DNA from: an uncultured bacterium
GTDB taxonomy: Bacteria; Bacillota; Clostridia; Oscillospirales; CAG-272
DNA length: 64,000 bases
Reading direction: 5' to 3'
Assembly (NCBI GenBank): GCA_945920215.1
Contig: CAMEJM010000009.1
Location: forward strand, 332 to 64,331
Both the position numbers and the translations under genes were made by a program. The notes under the pieces are model-generated. The model was not told the origin of the DNA. It did not search any database and saw only the letters and a list, made by a program, of their open reading frames with translations. Positions 35,503 to 44,751 of the stretch are shown here, one piece after another (the first letter of the stretch is position 1; every line of letters starts with the position of its first letter).

Positions 35503-37332
35503 ATGTATATTGACAAGCACACCGACCGCCTGAGGTTCTTTTCGGAGCTGTATGAGAGCGCCAAGAACAGCCGGAGCGACGTTGCGGCGAGCCTGACGCG
35601 CCACTGGAACCAATACTGCGGCAGCGACGAGATCGACGGCAGCGCCGAGAGGGCGCAGGCGGTGCGGAACATTACCTATGAAATCATCGAGAGTCAGATC
35701 AACTCCGATATCCCCGCCCCGAAGGTGGACGCCAAGCGGTACAGCGTGCGCCATGACCATAACGCCACGGCAATCGAACGCCTGTGCGCCAAGGTGCGGG
35801 ACGAGCTGCCCTTTGAGGAATTCAACGATATGGACGAGCGCTATACCTATATCTTCGGCGGCAGCGTCTGGCTGGTGGAATGGGACAGCGAGCGCGTGGA
35901 CGCGGGCGAGGTCGGCGGCGTGAAGGTCAGCTGCATCAGTCCCGAGGACTTCGTGCCGCAGCCGAACATCTACCGCGTGGAGGATATGGAGTACTGCTTC
36001 CTGCGGTTCATCACCACGCGCGACGAGCTGTGCAGGCGCTATCATATCACGGCGGAGCAGGCGCGGAAAGCCGCCACCGAACAGGAGGGGCTGTGCCGTG
36101 CGGACGACGACACCGTGACGCTGGTGGTTTGCTTCTGGCGGGACGAGGCGGGCGAGGTCTGCCGTTTCGCATGGTCGGGAGACGTGATTCTCTCGGACGT
36201 GGAGCGGTATTACAGGCGCAAGGACTGCTTCTGCAAAAAATGCGGGCAGCGTGTGAATCTCTGCCGGTGCGAAAAGCCGGAGCGGGAGCTAAGGGACCTT
36301 GACGGGGAAACTCTTACCCATCCCATTTTCCTCAGCGACAACAACTGCATTCCCGCCACCACCACCGTATTCGGCGGAGAGGGGGACGAGGGGTGCTACG
36401 AGGTGCCGACCAGACTGCCGTACTACCAACCGCATTCTTTTCCCATCGTGATCCGCCGCAACATCAGCGCCGACAAGCAGCTGCTGGGGCAGTCGGACTG
36501 TGAATTCCTGCGGCCGGAGCAGCAGCAGATCAACAAGGTGGAGAGCCGGATTATGCAGAAGTTGATGCGCTCCGGGATCACGCCTCTTGTGCCGGAGGAC
36601 GCCTCCGTCACGCTCAACAACGCGATTTTCGGACAGGTCATCCGCCTCAGACCCGGAGAGAGCGCCGCCAATTACGGCACCGTGGATACCACCCCCGACA
36701 TCGCGCAGGACATCGCGCAGGCGGAGCGACTGTACGAACACGCCAAGCGCGTCATCGGCATTTCCGACGCGTATCAGGGGCTTGACACCACCCACAACGA
36801 GTCCGGTTACGCGCGACAGATCCGAATCCGCCAGGCGGCGGGGCGCTTGGAATCCAAGCGGCGCATGAAGTATACCGCCTATGCCGCCATCGACCGCCTG
36901 ATTTTCGAGCATTACCTCGCTTACGCGGACGAGCCGCGGGTGCTCAGTTACACCGACTGTTTCGGGGTCAAGCGCCAGTCCACCTTTAACCGATACGATT
37001 TTCTGGAGTACGACCCCGCGCGGGATCTGTATTACTATGACGACGGGTATCTCTTCTCGGTGGATCTGTCCGGCGGGCCGGAACAGCAAAGAGAGGAAAT
37101 GTGGGAGAAAAACCTTGAAAATCTGCAGGCGGGCACGCTCGGCGACCCTGCCGACTACGCAACGCTTCTGCGCTACTGGCAGAACCAGGAGCGCTCCCAC
37201 TATCCCTTTGCGAAAGAAAACGTCGCGTATTTCTTGGATCTGATACGCAGGAAAGGAGAGAGTGACGGTGAGTACAACGGGCAGTACAACGGTGAAGAAT
37301 CCGGAGATTGCGGAATACCTGAAACTGTATGA
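35503..37332 (+). CDS. portal protein (with a Cys-rich insertion)
   Basis: 609 aa, immediately after terL. The N-terminal motif ...AVRNITYEIIESQI.S.IP.PKV... resembles portal families. Insertion: CFCKKCGQRVNLCRC. Confidence 0.75.
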   Translation: MYIDKHTDRLRFFSELYESAKNSRSDVAASLTRHWNQYCGSDEIDGSAERAQAVRNITYEIIESQINSDIPAPKVDAKRYSVRHDHNATAIERLCAKVRDELPFEEFNDMDERYTYIFGGSVWLVEWDSERVDAGEVGGVKVSCISPEDFVPQPNIYRVEDMEYCFLRFITTRDELCRRYHITAEQARKAATEQEGLCRADDDTVTLVVCFWRDEAGEVCRFAWSGDVILSDVERYYRRKDCFCKKCGQRVNLCRCEKPERELRDLDGETLTHPIFLSDNNCIPATTTVFGGEGDEGCYEVPTRLPYYQPHSFPIVIRRNISADKQLLGQSDCEFLRPEQQQINKVESRIMQKLMRSGITPLVPEDASVTLNNAIFGQVIRLRPGESAANYGTVDTTPDIAQDIAQAERLYEHAKRVIGISDAYQGLDTTHNESGYARQIRIRQAAGRLESKRRMKYTAYAAIDRLIFEHYLAYADEPRVLSYTDCFGVKRQSTFNRYDFLEYDPARDLYYYDDGYLFSVDLSGGPEQQREEMWEKNLENLQAGTLGDPADYATLLRYWQNQERSHYPFAKENVAYFLDLIRRKGESDGEYNGQYNGEESGDCGIPETV

Positions 37333-37975
37333 AAAACTGCGCGGCGGCACCTCCGCCTCGTATGCGCGCTATCTCGCGCAAAGCAATGCCGACCCGGAGG
37401 TGGCGTATGCCAAGGCGGTGACGGCGGCGAAGAATACCTACGCGCGCTCTCTTTCGGAATACGGCGCCACCGCCGAGAAGCTCGCCCGCAAGGGCCTCGA
37501 TGACAGCGGATACAGCAAGCTTCTCGCCGAGGGCGTCCGCGACCGATACCAAAGCGCGCTGGAGCAAGCCGAACGACAGCGCACGCAGGACGTGCAACAG
37601 AATATCTCCGGCTACGCCGACTACCTGCTCAAAGAGGGAAAGACGGCAAAGAGCATGGTCGGAGAGTTGCAGAACAAGGGCGTGAGCGATTTTGACACCG
37701 CTTACGCATACGCGCTTACGTCGGGACTGGACAAGGACACCGCCACGCTGACCGCCACACTGGTGGGGCAGATGGCAAACAAAGCCGCCAGCACCACCGC
37801 CGTCAAGCAACGGGTGACGATTTTGCGCCGCCTTGTGGAGCTGAATCTGCCGCGGGACTCCGCGTACGCCTATGCATTGGCGTGCGGGGTGGGAGACGAG
37901 GTTGCCGGAGAACTGGCGGACGCCGCGACCCGCGCCGTGCAGGAGCAGAATCAGAATCATCATATAGCCTACTGA
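37262..37975 (+). CDS. phage-island protein, helical, unknown function
   Basis: 237 aa. GTG start at 37262 or 37268 after AAGGAGAG. It overlaps the portal 3' end by about 65-71 nt. Confidence 0.45.
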   Translation: MTVSTTGSTTVKNPEIAEYLKLYEKLRGGTSASYARYLAQSNADPEVAYAKAVTAAKNTYARSLSEYGATAEKLARKGLDDSGYSKLLAEGVRDRYQSALEQAERQRTQDVQQNISGYADYLLKEGKTAKSMVGELQNKGVSDFDTAYAYALTSGLDKDTATLTATLVGQMANKAASTTAVKQRVTILRRLVELNLPRDSAYAYALACGVGDEVAGELADAATRAVQEQNQNHHIAY

Positions 37976-37993
37976 TCAAAAAAGGAGAACACC

Positions 37994-38125
37994 ATGAAAA
38001 ACAAAATGAAAAAGCAGAACCCCTATGCAACCAATCACGGCGGCAAGATCGAGGCGCCGCACCGTGAGAAGAACGAGCCGAAAGGCAGCCGCAAGAGCGG
38101 CGAAGACCTGCGCGTGAAGCGCTGA
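37994..38125 (+). CDS. small basic protein (43 aa)
   Basis: Below the ORF-track size cut-off. AAAGGAGAA RBS 5 nt before the ATG. MKNKMKKQNPYATNHGGKIEAPHREKNEPKGSRKSGEDLRVKR. Confidence 0.35.
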   Translation: MKNKMKKQNPYATNHGGKIEAPHREKNEPKGSRKSGEDLRVKR

Positions 38126-38136
38126 GGAGGAGCGGC

Positions 38137-38670
38137 ATGGAAGAGACGATCATCACACAGACCCCGCCCGCGGAGCAAAGCGCTCCGATACAGACGATGG
38201 GGGAGATACAAAATCCTGTCGGCGAGACGCAAAATGCTGCGCCCGCAGAGCAGGCTTCCCTGACCCAAGAGGTGCCGGAGTCGGCTACGGGAGACGGCGA
38301 AGCAATTCCGGAGACGGCGCCGGCGGTGGATTACGCCCGCCTGGCGGCGGAGGACCTTGCCGAAATTCAGCGGATCGCGCCGGCGCTCGCCGGGTTCGGA
38401 CACCTGTCGGAGCTGCCGAACGCGGCGCGTTACGGCGCCCTGCGGGACGCGGGTCTGAGCGTGGAGGAGGCTTTTTGGGCTGCCTGCCACGGCGTGGCGC
38501 TGCGCTCCGGGGGTTATGACAACCGCTCCCATTTGCAAACCGCCGTACCGCGCCCCGCAAGCGGCAACCCCGCCATGATGAGCGCTTCCGAGATGGCGCA
38601 GGCAAAGGAGCTGTTTTCGGATATGAGCGAAAGCGACATTCAGCGCCTGTACGCCAAATGCCGCGCCTGA
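38137..38670 (+). CDS. putative capsid scaffolding protein
   Basis: 177 aa, acidic and disordered at the N-terminus, helical at the C-terminus. The call is by position upstream of the capsid gene. GGAGGAG RBS. Confidence 0.45.
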   Translation: MEETIITQTPPAEQSAPIQTMGEIQNPVGETQNAAPAEQASLTQEVPESATGDGEAIPETAPAVDYARLAAEDLAEIQRIAPALAGFGHLSELPNAARYGALRDAGLSVEEAFWAACHGVALRSGGYDNRSHLQTAVPRPASGNPAMMSASEMAQAKELFSDMSESDIQRLYAKCRA

Positions 38671-38703
38671 CTATCAAATCATCACAATACAAAGGAGAAC
38701 GAT

Positions 38704-39105
38704 ATGTTTCGTTTAGTGAAAATTCTCAACGGTCGCACCAACCAGGCGGAGCCTGTAAAACTTGCGACCACCGCCTCTGAAAGCTATTCCGTCGGCGAGG
38801 CGCTCGTCCTCTCCGGCGGCGCGCTGACCAAGTGCGGCGCCACGGAAAAGCCGACCTATATTGCCGCCGCGGATTATACCGCCCCCGCCGCCGAACAGGC
38901 ACCCCTGACCGCTTATCCCGTCTCGGACGGCATGATTTTCGAGTGCCCCGTGGGCGCGGCACCCACGAGCCTGCATATCGGCGATAAGGTGACCCTGGCA
39001 ACGGACGGGCAGGGCGTAACCGCCACCACGGCAAGCGGTGTGGCAACGGTATGGGATCTTGCGGGCGCCGCCGCGTCCGGCGACAAAATCCTGGTAACAT
39101 TCTGA
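38704..39105 (+). CDS. putative head decoration-like protein
   Basis: 133 aa, beta-rich, Ala/Gly/Thr-rich. It sits directly before the capsid gene, as gpD does in lambda. The call is by position only. Confidence 0.35.
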   Translation: MFRLVKILNGRTNQAEPVKLATTASESYSVGEALVLSGGALTKCGATEKPTYIAAADYTAPAAEQAPLTAYPVSDGMIFECPVGAAPTSLHIGDKVTLATDGQGVTATTASGVATVWDLAGAAASGDKILVTF

Positions 39106-39121
39106 AAAGGAGAGATATGAC

Positions 39122-40189
39122 ATGGCAATTTTATTTTCCAAATCTTCGGGGGTGAACAACGCCCAGATCGGCAAGCTGGAAACCCCCATCAAAATGGTCA
39201 TCGAGCATGAGTCGGATTTGCAGACCAAGCAGGGCGGCATCCGCGACTGGCTGTTCAATGTGGAGAAGTCCAACAAGTTCGGCGAGACCATCGTCGGGCA
39301 GAACGAGTTTGACGTCTTTCAGGCGGCTGTGGAGGGCGCCGGCGCCGAAAACGACGATATGCAGGAGACCTACCGCAAGTTCATCGAGCACATTCAGTTC
39401 ATGAAGGAGTTTACCATCACCGCCGAGATGATGGAGGACGCAAATTACGGCGTGGCGGCGGACGCCAAACGCCGTGCGGAAAACTTCACCCGCGCGTACT
39501 ACAAGACCCAGCACAAGATCTGCGAGTACGCGCTTTCTCACGCAACCGCCAAGAGCGGCACCTTCGCCAAGGCAACCCTTGACCTGACGGCGCCCGACGG
39601 GCTGGCGCTCTTCTCCTCCTCTCACAAGTGGGGCGGCAAGAAGGCAAGCGGCACGCAGTCCAACTACTATTACGGCGATATCTTCAGCCACACCGACGCC
39701 TCCGACAACCGCGTTTCCTCCACCTCCGTGTTTGAGGAAGCGCTGTCCAACCTTGCGGCGAAGATCCGCAATATGAAAGATGAAAACGGAGACGTTCTGG
39801 GCTATACCGCCGACACGCTGATCCTGCCCGGTAACCGCCCGGCGGCAGAGGCGATTGCCAAGAAAGTATGCGGCTCCGAGGGGGCGACGGGCAACGGCTA
39901 CAACGACATCAACCTGCACTTCGGCAACTGGAACATCATTGTGATGCCCAACTGGCAGACGGATGACGACCGCGTGATGATCATGTCCCGCGAGGCGAAC
40001 AAGAACCTGTGCGGCAATATGTTCTTCAACCGCGTTCCGCTGACCGTGAGCAGCTGGTGCGACCACCACACCGGCAACTATATCTGGAACGGCAGATGCC
40101 GCTTCGGCGTGGGCTTTGGCTCCTACAAGCATATCCTGCTGGCGGTTGACTCCGGCAGCGCGGTGAGCGGCGCCACCAAGCTTTCGTAA
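39122..40189 (+). CDS. major capsid protein (HK97-fold candidate)
   Basis: 355 aa. The position and size fit, and the ORF has strong codon bias and an RBS. No diagnostic motif could be verified without a profile search. Confidence 0.65.
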   Translation: MAILFSKSSGVNNAQIGKLETPIKMVIEHESDLQTKQGGIRDWLFNVEKSNKFGETIVGQNEFDVFQAAVEGAGAENDDMQETYRKFIEHIQFMKEFTITAEMMEDANYGVAADAKRRAENFTRAYYKTQHKICEYALSHATAKSGTFAKATLDLTAPDGLALFSSSHKWGGKKASGTQSNYYYGDIFSHTDASDNRVSSTSVFEEALSNLAAKIRNMKDENGDVLGYTADTLILPGNRPAAEAIAKKVCGSEGATGNGYNDINLHFGNWNIIVMPNWQTDDDRVMIMSREANKNLCGNMFFNRVPLTVSSWCDHHTGNYIWNGRCRFGVGFGSYKHILLAVDSGSAVSGATKLS

Positions 40190-40201
40190 AGGAGGCGGGC
40201 A

Positions 40202-40813
40202 ATGACCCTTGCGGAATGTAAAGCCGCGGCGGCAAGCCTTGCGTTTGCGGAGGACCTCTCGGACATTGACGAGAGCGCGGAAAATATGTTTTTCTCCTCT
40301 CTCAACCGCGCTCTGACGGTTGCCGATGGGGCGCGCCCGCGCAGAGCAAGCCTGACCCTTGACCACCGCTCCCCTTTCTCTTCGGGTGCGCAGGAGACGG
40401 AGGACGGCGCCTACATACTGTACGAGCTGACCGCCATGGCGCCCGACCTTGCCTGCCTGACCGCCCCGCCGGCGCTGTTTTCGGAGGAGGCGTACTACCC
40501 CTTGAGCGACGGCTATATGCTGGAGGACGGCGTGCGCTTATATCTGCTGCGCAGCCGCCCCGGCGTGTATCGGCTGGAATACAGGCGCCGCCCGCCCACT
40601 GTCTCCGCCGATACGCCGGAGGATACCGTGCTCTCCCTTGACGACGAGGTGTGCCAGCTGGCGGTCCTGCTTGTTGCGCATGACCTGCTCCTGGACGACG
40701 ACCCCGACAAGGCGCAGGTATATCTGACGTTGTTCCGGGAGAGGTACGCGCTGCTGCGCGGCGAGGCGCATACGCTGTCGCCTGCGCTCTATCGTTCGGT
40801 CAACGACTGGTAA
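40202..40813 (+). CDS. putative head completion / head-tail adaptor protein
   Basis: 203 aa. AAAGGAGG RBS. The call is by position after the capsid gene. Confidence 0.35.
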   Translation: MTLAECKAAAASLAFAEDLSDIDESAENMFFSSLNRALTVADGARPRRASLTLDHRSPFSSGAQETEDGAYILYELTAMAPDLACLTAPPALFSEEAYYPLSDGYMLEDGVRLYLLRSRPGVYRLEYRRRPPTVSADTPEDTVLSLDDEVCQLAVLLVAHDLLLDDDPDKAQVYLTLFRERYALLRGEAHTLSPALYRSVNDW

Positions 40814-40825
40814 AGGAGGAAAAAC

Positions 40826-43627
40826 ATGAAAGCAACGAGCACAGGACATTACCAGCGCCTGCTCGGAGATTTCGGCGGGCTGGACTGCACCTCCGACCCT
40901 GCGGGCGTGGCCTCCAACCGCTTTGTGCGGCTGGACAATCTGTGGCGGGATTACCGCGCGGGGGACGGCAACGCCATCGAAACCTTTCCCGGCTTCCGCC
41001 GCCTGAGGAAATACGAGGGGGCAGTCCACGGCATCTGGTGCTGGCGCACCTCCTCCGGGGAGTATCTCGTGATCCATGAGGGCACACGGCTGTGGGTACA
41101 GGACATGAGCGATACTAACCAAACCGTGCTCGCGTCGGACGGCGAGAGCGTCGGCGGTCATACCGTCTTTCTTGCCGACAGCACTTCGTGCGCCTTCGCG
41201 TGGGAGGACTCGCTGTATCTGCTGGACGGAGAATACTACTATGTTCTCAAGCAGACCGATACCGGCTTCACCATGAAGATCGTGGAGGACATTTACAACC
41301 CCGTGACCTATCTCGACGGGGAGCGGTACGAACAGCGAAATCTGCTGTCGGATTATTCCGTGGCACGGTATCACATCGGCGTCCCGACCTTTGACGGGTA
41401 CGCCACCCCGGTACTGACTTACAGCGTCGTCGATCCTGTCGCACACACCTGCGAGGTCACGGGCTTGGACCGGTCGTATACGGTGCCGAAAATTTACGTC
41501 CCCGGAGAGGTGAAGATCGGCGCCGAGACATACCGCGTGATACGGATCGCGTGGAAAGCGTTTTATCAGGACGAGGACCTGATCGCCCTGCACGTGGCGA
41601 ACGGCGTGGAGGAAGTCGGCGCTTCGGCGTGCGAGGGCTGCACCAACCTGCTGACCCTGACCCTGCCGGACAGCGTGCGGGTGGTCAGCAAAAGCGCTTT
41701 CCGCTACTGTCCTCTGCAAAAAACGGTACTGGGGGCTTCACTTGCGGAAATCGCGGAGAGCGCTTTCACAAGTTCTGCGGAAACAAACGTGGTCGTCTAT
41801 CACGGCGCGGCGGAAAACTATCAGGCAATTACGGTGGGAAGCGGCAACATCGGTCTGAGCGACGCCACCGTCCAATACGTGAATGTATATCCGGTGCAGA
41901 TTGCTTATCTGCGCCTGTACGAACCCGTTGCGGGTATTACCAGTATTAGCCTCGGAGGTGTGACCCTCCCGAGCAGCTGTTATACGTCGATCTTCAATGG
42001 GTATATCTGCGGCGTCATCATAGACGGCGGCGATACCTACAACCTGATGGGCGGCGTCATTGACATTACGTGCAGACTGGATAACAAGGCGTATCTGAAT
42101 GAACCGGGAAAAGAAAAGTTCGTCATGGCGCGCTGGGGGTATATTCTGGTCGCCATTGCGCACTGCACGTCTGCGTGCGTATGGGACGACAGGGTTTTCT
42201 TCTATGGAAACCCCGATCTGCCGAACATGATTTTTTATGCCTCGCGCGACCTGACGGGGCATATCAATCCGTGCTACGTCGGCGAGATGAACTATTTTCA
42301 GAACGGCGGCGGCAGGGTGCCGAACAGCGCTCTGCTCCCGACCTCCTCTTACCTTGCCGTCATCAAGGCGGAGCCTTGCGGGAACGGCACCGTTTCGTTT
42401 TACTGCGGACAGGATACGGGGGAGCACCTGCTGCCGCGCATCTATGTGCGGACGGACGCCGTGGCAGGGCGCGGCTGTCGGGGCAGAGCGCTGGATTTCA
42501 TGGACGACCCCGTGTATCTTTCCGACGAGGGGTTGGAGGCGCTCGGCAGAGAGGCGCTGAACCGTGAGCGCAGCCTGATGCACCGCTCCACCCTCATCGA
42601 CGCGGCTCTGGCGGCGAAAGACCCAGCCGCCGCGATGTGCGCCGAGTGGGAGGGGTATCTGGTACTGCTGTACCCCGACGGAGAAGCCTACCTTGCCGAC
42701 GGGCGCCGCACCTGTACGACGGCGCGCGGGGCAGAGTACGAATGGTATCATCTCTGCGGCGTCGGCTCCTATACGGACGACCTGACCGTTTACCGTTATG
42801 CGGGCGGTTATCCCGCCGACGCGCCGACGGTCATTACCTACGGAGGCGAGGAGGTGACGCTGCTGCTCCACCCGGATGCGGACGCCTTGCCCTTCGGGGT
42901 GGATTACGACGGTTACCCCGCCGTATACGAACGGATTTTATCCGGGGTTGACGCGGAGGGAAACGACGTGTATTTCACGTTGGAAGAAGAAGGGGGAGAA
43001 AGCCGCTTCTATCTGCTGAGCAAAACCGAGGAGCGCACGGGAGGGACGTTTTCCTCTCCCACCGCGCTGCTGTCTGCAGGGGGAAAACTGTTTTTCGGGT
43101 GCGCGGACGGCAGTCTGTGCGTGGTCAATACCGACAGGCGCGGCGTGATGAACGCGGCGCAAAGCGCGGACTACTCTGCGGCGGAATACGCCGCGTTCTG
43201 GGGGCAGACCATCAACCCGGAATGGTACACCTACGCGGGGCACCGCATTGTCAGCGGGTTTATCACCTCCATGGATGACTGCGGCGTGCCCAACTACACC
43301 AAGAAAACCGTGCGCTGCTCCACCGTCGCGGAAATGAAAGCGGGGCTGGGGTGCGACATTGTGTTTGAGGTGCGCATCAACCACGGCACCTACCCGATGG
43401 AATGCGACAGCGTGTCTTTCGGCGGCGGCGGAATGGATTTCACCGCGTTGGATTACGGGCGGTTTGTATTTGGCACCGCCGAGACCAACACCGCGGTGTT
43501 GCAGGAAAAGACCAAGCGCTGGGTGCGCAAGCAGTATCGCGTCTGGTCGGACGGCTTCACCCGCCCGTTCGGAATGTACCGCCTTGCCTACACATGGAAG
43601 GTGGAGGGCAAGGTCAAAAACAAATAA
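40826..43627 (+). CDS. large virion structural protein (beta-propeller-like) with an embedded BspA-type LRR cassette
   Basis: 933 aa. aa ~200-350 read as a complete BspA-type cassette (...CEVTGLDRSYTVPKIYVPGEV.IG...Y.V..I...AF...GVEEVGASACEGCTNLLTLTLPDSVRVVSKSAFRYC...VVVYHGAAENYQAITVGSGN). The remainder is rich in Y/W/G beta-strand repeats. Confidence 0.65.
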   Translation: MKATSTGHYQRLLGDFGGLDCTSDPAGVASNRFVRLDNLWRDYRAGDGNAIETFPGFRRLRKYEGAVHGIWCWRTSSGEYLVIHEGTRLWVQDMSDTNQTVLASDGESVGGHTVFLADSTSCAFAWEDSLYLLDGEYYYVLKQTDTGFTMKIVEDIYNPVTYLDGERYEQRNLLSDYSVARYHIGVPTFDGYATPVLTYSVVDPVAHTCEVTGLDRSYTVPKIYVPGEVKIGAETYRVIRIAWKAFYQDEDLIALHVANGVEEVGASACEGCTNLLTLTLPDSVRVVSKSAFRYCPLQKTVLGASLAEIAESAFTSSAETNVVVYHGAAENYQAITVGSGNIGLSDATVQYVNVYPVQIAYLRLYEPVAGITSISLGGVTLPSSCYTSIFNGYICGVIIDGGDTYNLMGGVIDITCRLDNKAYLNEPGKEKFVMARWGYILVAIAHCTSACVWDDRVFFYGNPDLPNMIFYASRDLTGHINPCYVGEMNYFQNGGGRVPNSALLPTSSYLAVIKAEPCGNGTVSFYCGQDTGEHLLPRIYVRTDAVAGRGCRGRALDFMDDPVYLSDEGLEALGREALNRERSLMHRSTLIDAALAAKDPAAAMCAEWEGYLVLLYPDGEAYLADGRRTCTTARGAEYEWYHLCGVGSYTDDLTVYRYAGGYPADAPTVITYGGEEVTLLLHPDADALPFGVDYDGYPAVYERILSGVDAEGNDVYFTLEEEGGESRFYLLSKTEERTGGTFSSPTALLSAGGKLFFGCADGSLCVVNTDRRGVMNAAQSADYSAAEYAAFWGQTINPEWYTYAGHRIVSGFITSMDDCGVPNYTKKTVRCSTVAEMKAGLGCDIVFEVRINHGTYPMECDSVSFGGGGMDFTALDYGRFVFGTAETNTAVLQEKTKRWVRKQYRVWSDGFTRPFGMYRLAYTWKVEGKVKNK

Positions 43628-43688
43628 GAGGGTTTTCCCCCGCCGCGGTTTGCCCGCGGCGGTTGCGGGGACCCGGAAAGGAACATAC

Positions 43689-44393
43689 ATGAAGAAAATT
43701 TGGTTATGGGTTGCGGCGCTCGCGCTGTGCTGTTGTCTGAGTGCGGGGCTGCGCGTATCGGCGGAAAGCGCCGACGGCGCGGTGCCGGAAGATCCGGCTG
43801 CTGCCGGTGCGGAAGCAGCCGCGGAGACAACCGGACAGCCCGATAGCGAGCCGGACGGCACCTCGGCGCAGAACACCGCCGACCGCAGCTTCGGCGCGGT
43901 ATTGCTTTCGGTTCTGGACGCGCACGCGTCGGAGCTTCTGTCGGCGCTGACCCTGGTTGCTTCTCTGGTTCTGGCGCACGCCTATAAAAAGGGGCTTGTC
44001 CCTACGCTTTGGGGCGGGCTGAACAGCATTGCCCGCACCGTGCAGGACACGGGAGAACAGACGCGCCTGCTCGCCGAGACGGCGCAGAAGTCGATCGACG
44101 GCGTCAGTCAATCCGCGGCGCCTCTTCTTGAACAGGTGGAAGTGCTGTGCGGCACGGCGGAGGAAACAGCGCGGCAGAACGCGCAGCTGAAGAGTCTGAT
44201 TGCACAGACCGAGACCGACCGCGCGCGCATGGTGACGTTTATGCAGGGGCTTGCCGGGATGTTGTACGAGGTCTTCTCGGTTGCCAACCTGCCGCAGTAC
44301 GCGAAGGAGCAGCTGGGCAGAACCTATACCGCCATCATGGCGCAGGCGGAGGGTGACAGGCATGAAAACACAGACTGCGATCCGACTGTATAA
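43689..44393 (+). CDS. secreted/membrane protein with coiled coil (ejection-protein- or holin-associated candidate)
   Basis: Signal peptide MKKIWLWVAALALCCCLSAGLRVSA, an acidic linker, one TM (LLSALTLVASLVLAHAY), then coiled coil. Confidence 0.5.
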   Translation: MKKIWLWVAALALCCCLSAGLRVSAESADGAVPEDPAAAGAEAAAETTGQPDSEPDGTSAQNTADRSFGAVLLSVLDAHASELLSALTLVASLVLAHAYKKGLVPTLWGGLNSIARTVQDTGEQTRLLAETAQKSIDGVSQSAAPLLEQVEVLCGTAEETARQNAQLKSLIAQTETDRARMVTFMQGLAGMLYEVFSVANLPQYAKEQLGRTYTAIMAQAEGDRHENTDCDPTV

Positions 44394-44751
44394 GATAATC
44401 GGACTGCTGCTTTGCACGGTGCCCGCGGCGGTGACGACGCTTTTGCATTTTCCGCTTTGGCTCAGTCGTGAGGACAGCGGATTCTCGGTGCTTTCGATAT
44501 TGGTACTGTCGCTGTGCGCCATCCCCGCGCGGAGAATGCTGCGGGATTTTTTCCGCAATCCGTCGGCGTGGAAAATGTGGCTTGTCCTTTGGATTCTGTT
44601 TACCGTGACCGACAATCTCATCGACGGACTGCGGGCGGTTGCCTGCGTGGCGTGCCCCGCCAGCGCGCTCGGCGCACTGTTCTTTTGGCTGGCGAAACGG
44701 CAGGAGAAAAAGCTGTCGGAGGGAGAGAGACATGACGGAACAGAGAGATGA
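44362..44751 (+). CDS. small 3-4 TM membrane protein
   Basis: 129 aa. It overlaps both neighbouring genes. Confidence 0.5.
   Translation: MKTQTAIRLYKIIGLLLCTVPAAVTTLLHFPLWLSREDSGFSVLSILVLSLCAIPARRMLRDFFRNPSAWKMWLVLWILFTVTDNLIDGLRAVACVACPASALGALFFWLAKRQEKKLSEGERHDGTER

Noticed and set aside
43359-43688. ORF-track extensions upstream of true starts. Examples: 43359 for the 43689 gene, 33410 for terS, 15894 for the SDR, 22497-23648 running into pnp, 26347-27117, 32148-33017, 32944-33480, 50125-50817, 51764 for adhE, 61027 for the ABC gene.
   Set aside because: In each case an internal ATG with a proper GGAGG-type RBS gives a protein beginning at the family-typical N-terminus. The upstream extension overlaps a neighbouring gene, a promoter or a terminator.
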